A stretch of 37,549 nt of DNA from Pelomyxa schiedti (Eukaryota > Protista > Evosea): the NCBI GenBank assembly GCA_020536535.1, contig JAHLWZ010000963.1:1-37549 (forward strand). Direction: 5' to 3'. The stretch's first letter is position 1; every line of letters begins with the position of its first letter. Position numbers and translations under genes: made by a program. Below, piece by piece: positions 37,311 through 37,549 of the stretch. Below the pieces are notes generated by a model that had not been told where the DNA came from, made no database searches, and saw only the letters and a list, made by a program, of their open reading frames with translations.

Positions 37311-37476
37311 GTGGGCGGTGATTTTTTCCCTACAAAAAGTGTATCATCACCGCCCAAAATCACCGCCTGGGCGGTGATTTTGGGCGGTGATGATGCACTT
37401 TTTGCAGTCAAATCGGATCACCACCCCAGGCGGTGGTTGAGCACATAAGCCAGTCAGTAAAATCACCGCCCAGGGT
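37311..37476. repeat. Nested inverted-repeat (foldback/MITE-like) element built from GGCGGTG/CACCGCC
   Basis: A central palindrome at 37333-37404 has 35-bp arms, one mismatch and a 2-nt spacer. An outer inverted pair is formed by TGGGCGGTGATTTT (37312-37325) and AAAATCACCGCCCA (37459-37472). There are seven exact copies of the heptamer plus one variant. Confidence 0.9.
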
Positions 37477-37549
37477 TAACCACAAGAAAAAAACTTTTTT
37501 TTATGTTGCTCTTAATCTAACTCAATATTTAACAGTGCTGACAGGCCAG

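Noticed and set aside
37358-37379. Resemblance of ATCACCGCC..GGCGGTGAT to the phage lambda operator half-site (TATCACCGC)
   Set aside because: The half-site spacing does not match the 17-bp operator and there is no phage or vector sequence nearby, so this is treated as coincidence.

Overview
Gene-dense, intron-rich eukaryotic (protist, probably amoebozoan) genomic DNA. It is not prokaryotic: conserved domains are split by short GT-AG introns (mostly ~35-70 nt), so the ORF track shows only exon fragments. Taxonomy is inferred from intron style, homopeptide runs and a Dictyostelium-MEKKalpha-like gene. I reconstruct about 11 genes by hand: (1) the 3' part of a vWA protein ending in a ribosomal P-stalk-like tail (EEEADCDMGFSLFD*); (2-3) two small hypothetical genes; (4) a probable RRM protein; (5) a coiled-coil protein with an MPHOSPH9-like C-terminus; (6) a PB1-STE11 kinase-F-box-WD40 MAP3K; (7) TANGO6/Rtp1; (8) a TALE homeobox gene; (9) an apparent VIT-vWA-PP2C fusion; (10) a ~10.4 kb sacsin-like GHKL ATPase gene with a 2.9 kb acidic exon and a C-terminal HELAH (HExxH) motif; (11) a type I membrane protein with ~4 bacterial-style Cys/'FDTVL..NDD' repeats. 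Non-coding features are a higher-order satellite around a 100-N gap, a 12-bp tandem repeat and a nested palindromic GGCGGTG element at the 3' end. I saw no rRNA, tRNA, CRISPR array or transposase. Exon boundaries and family assignments come from manual translation and recalled motifs, not from searches.
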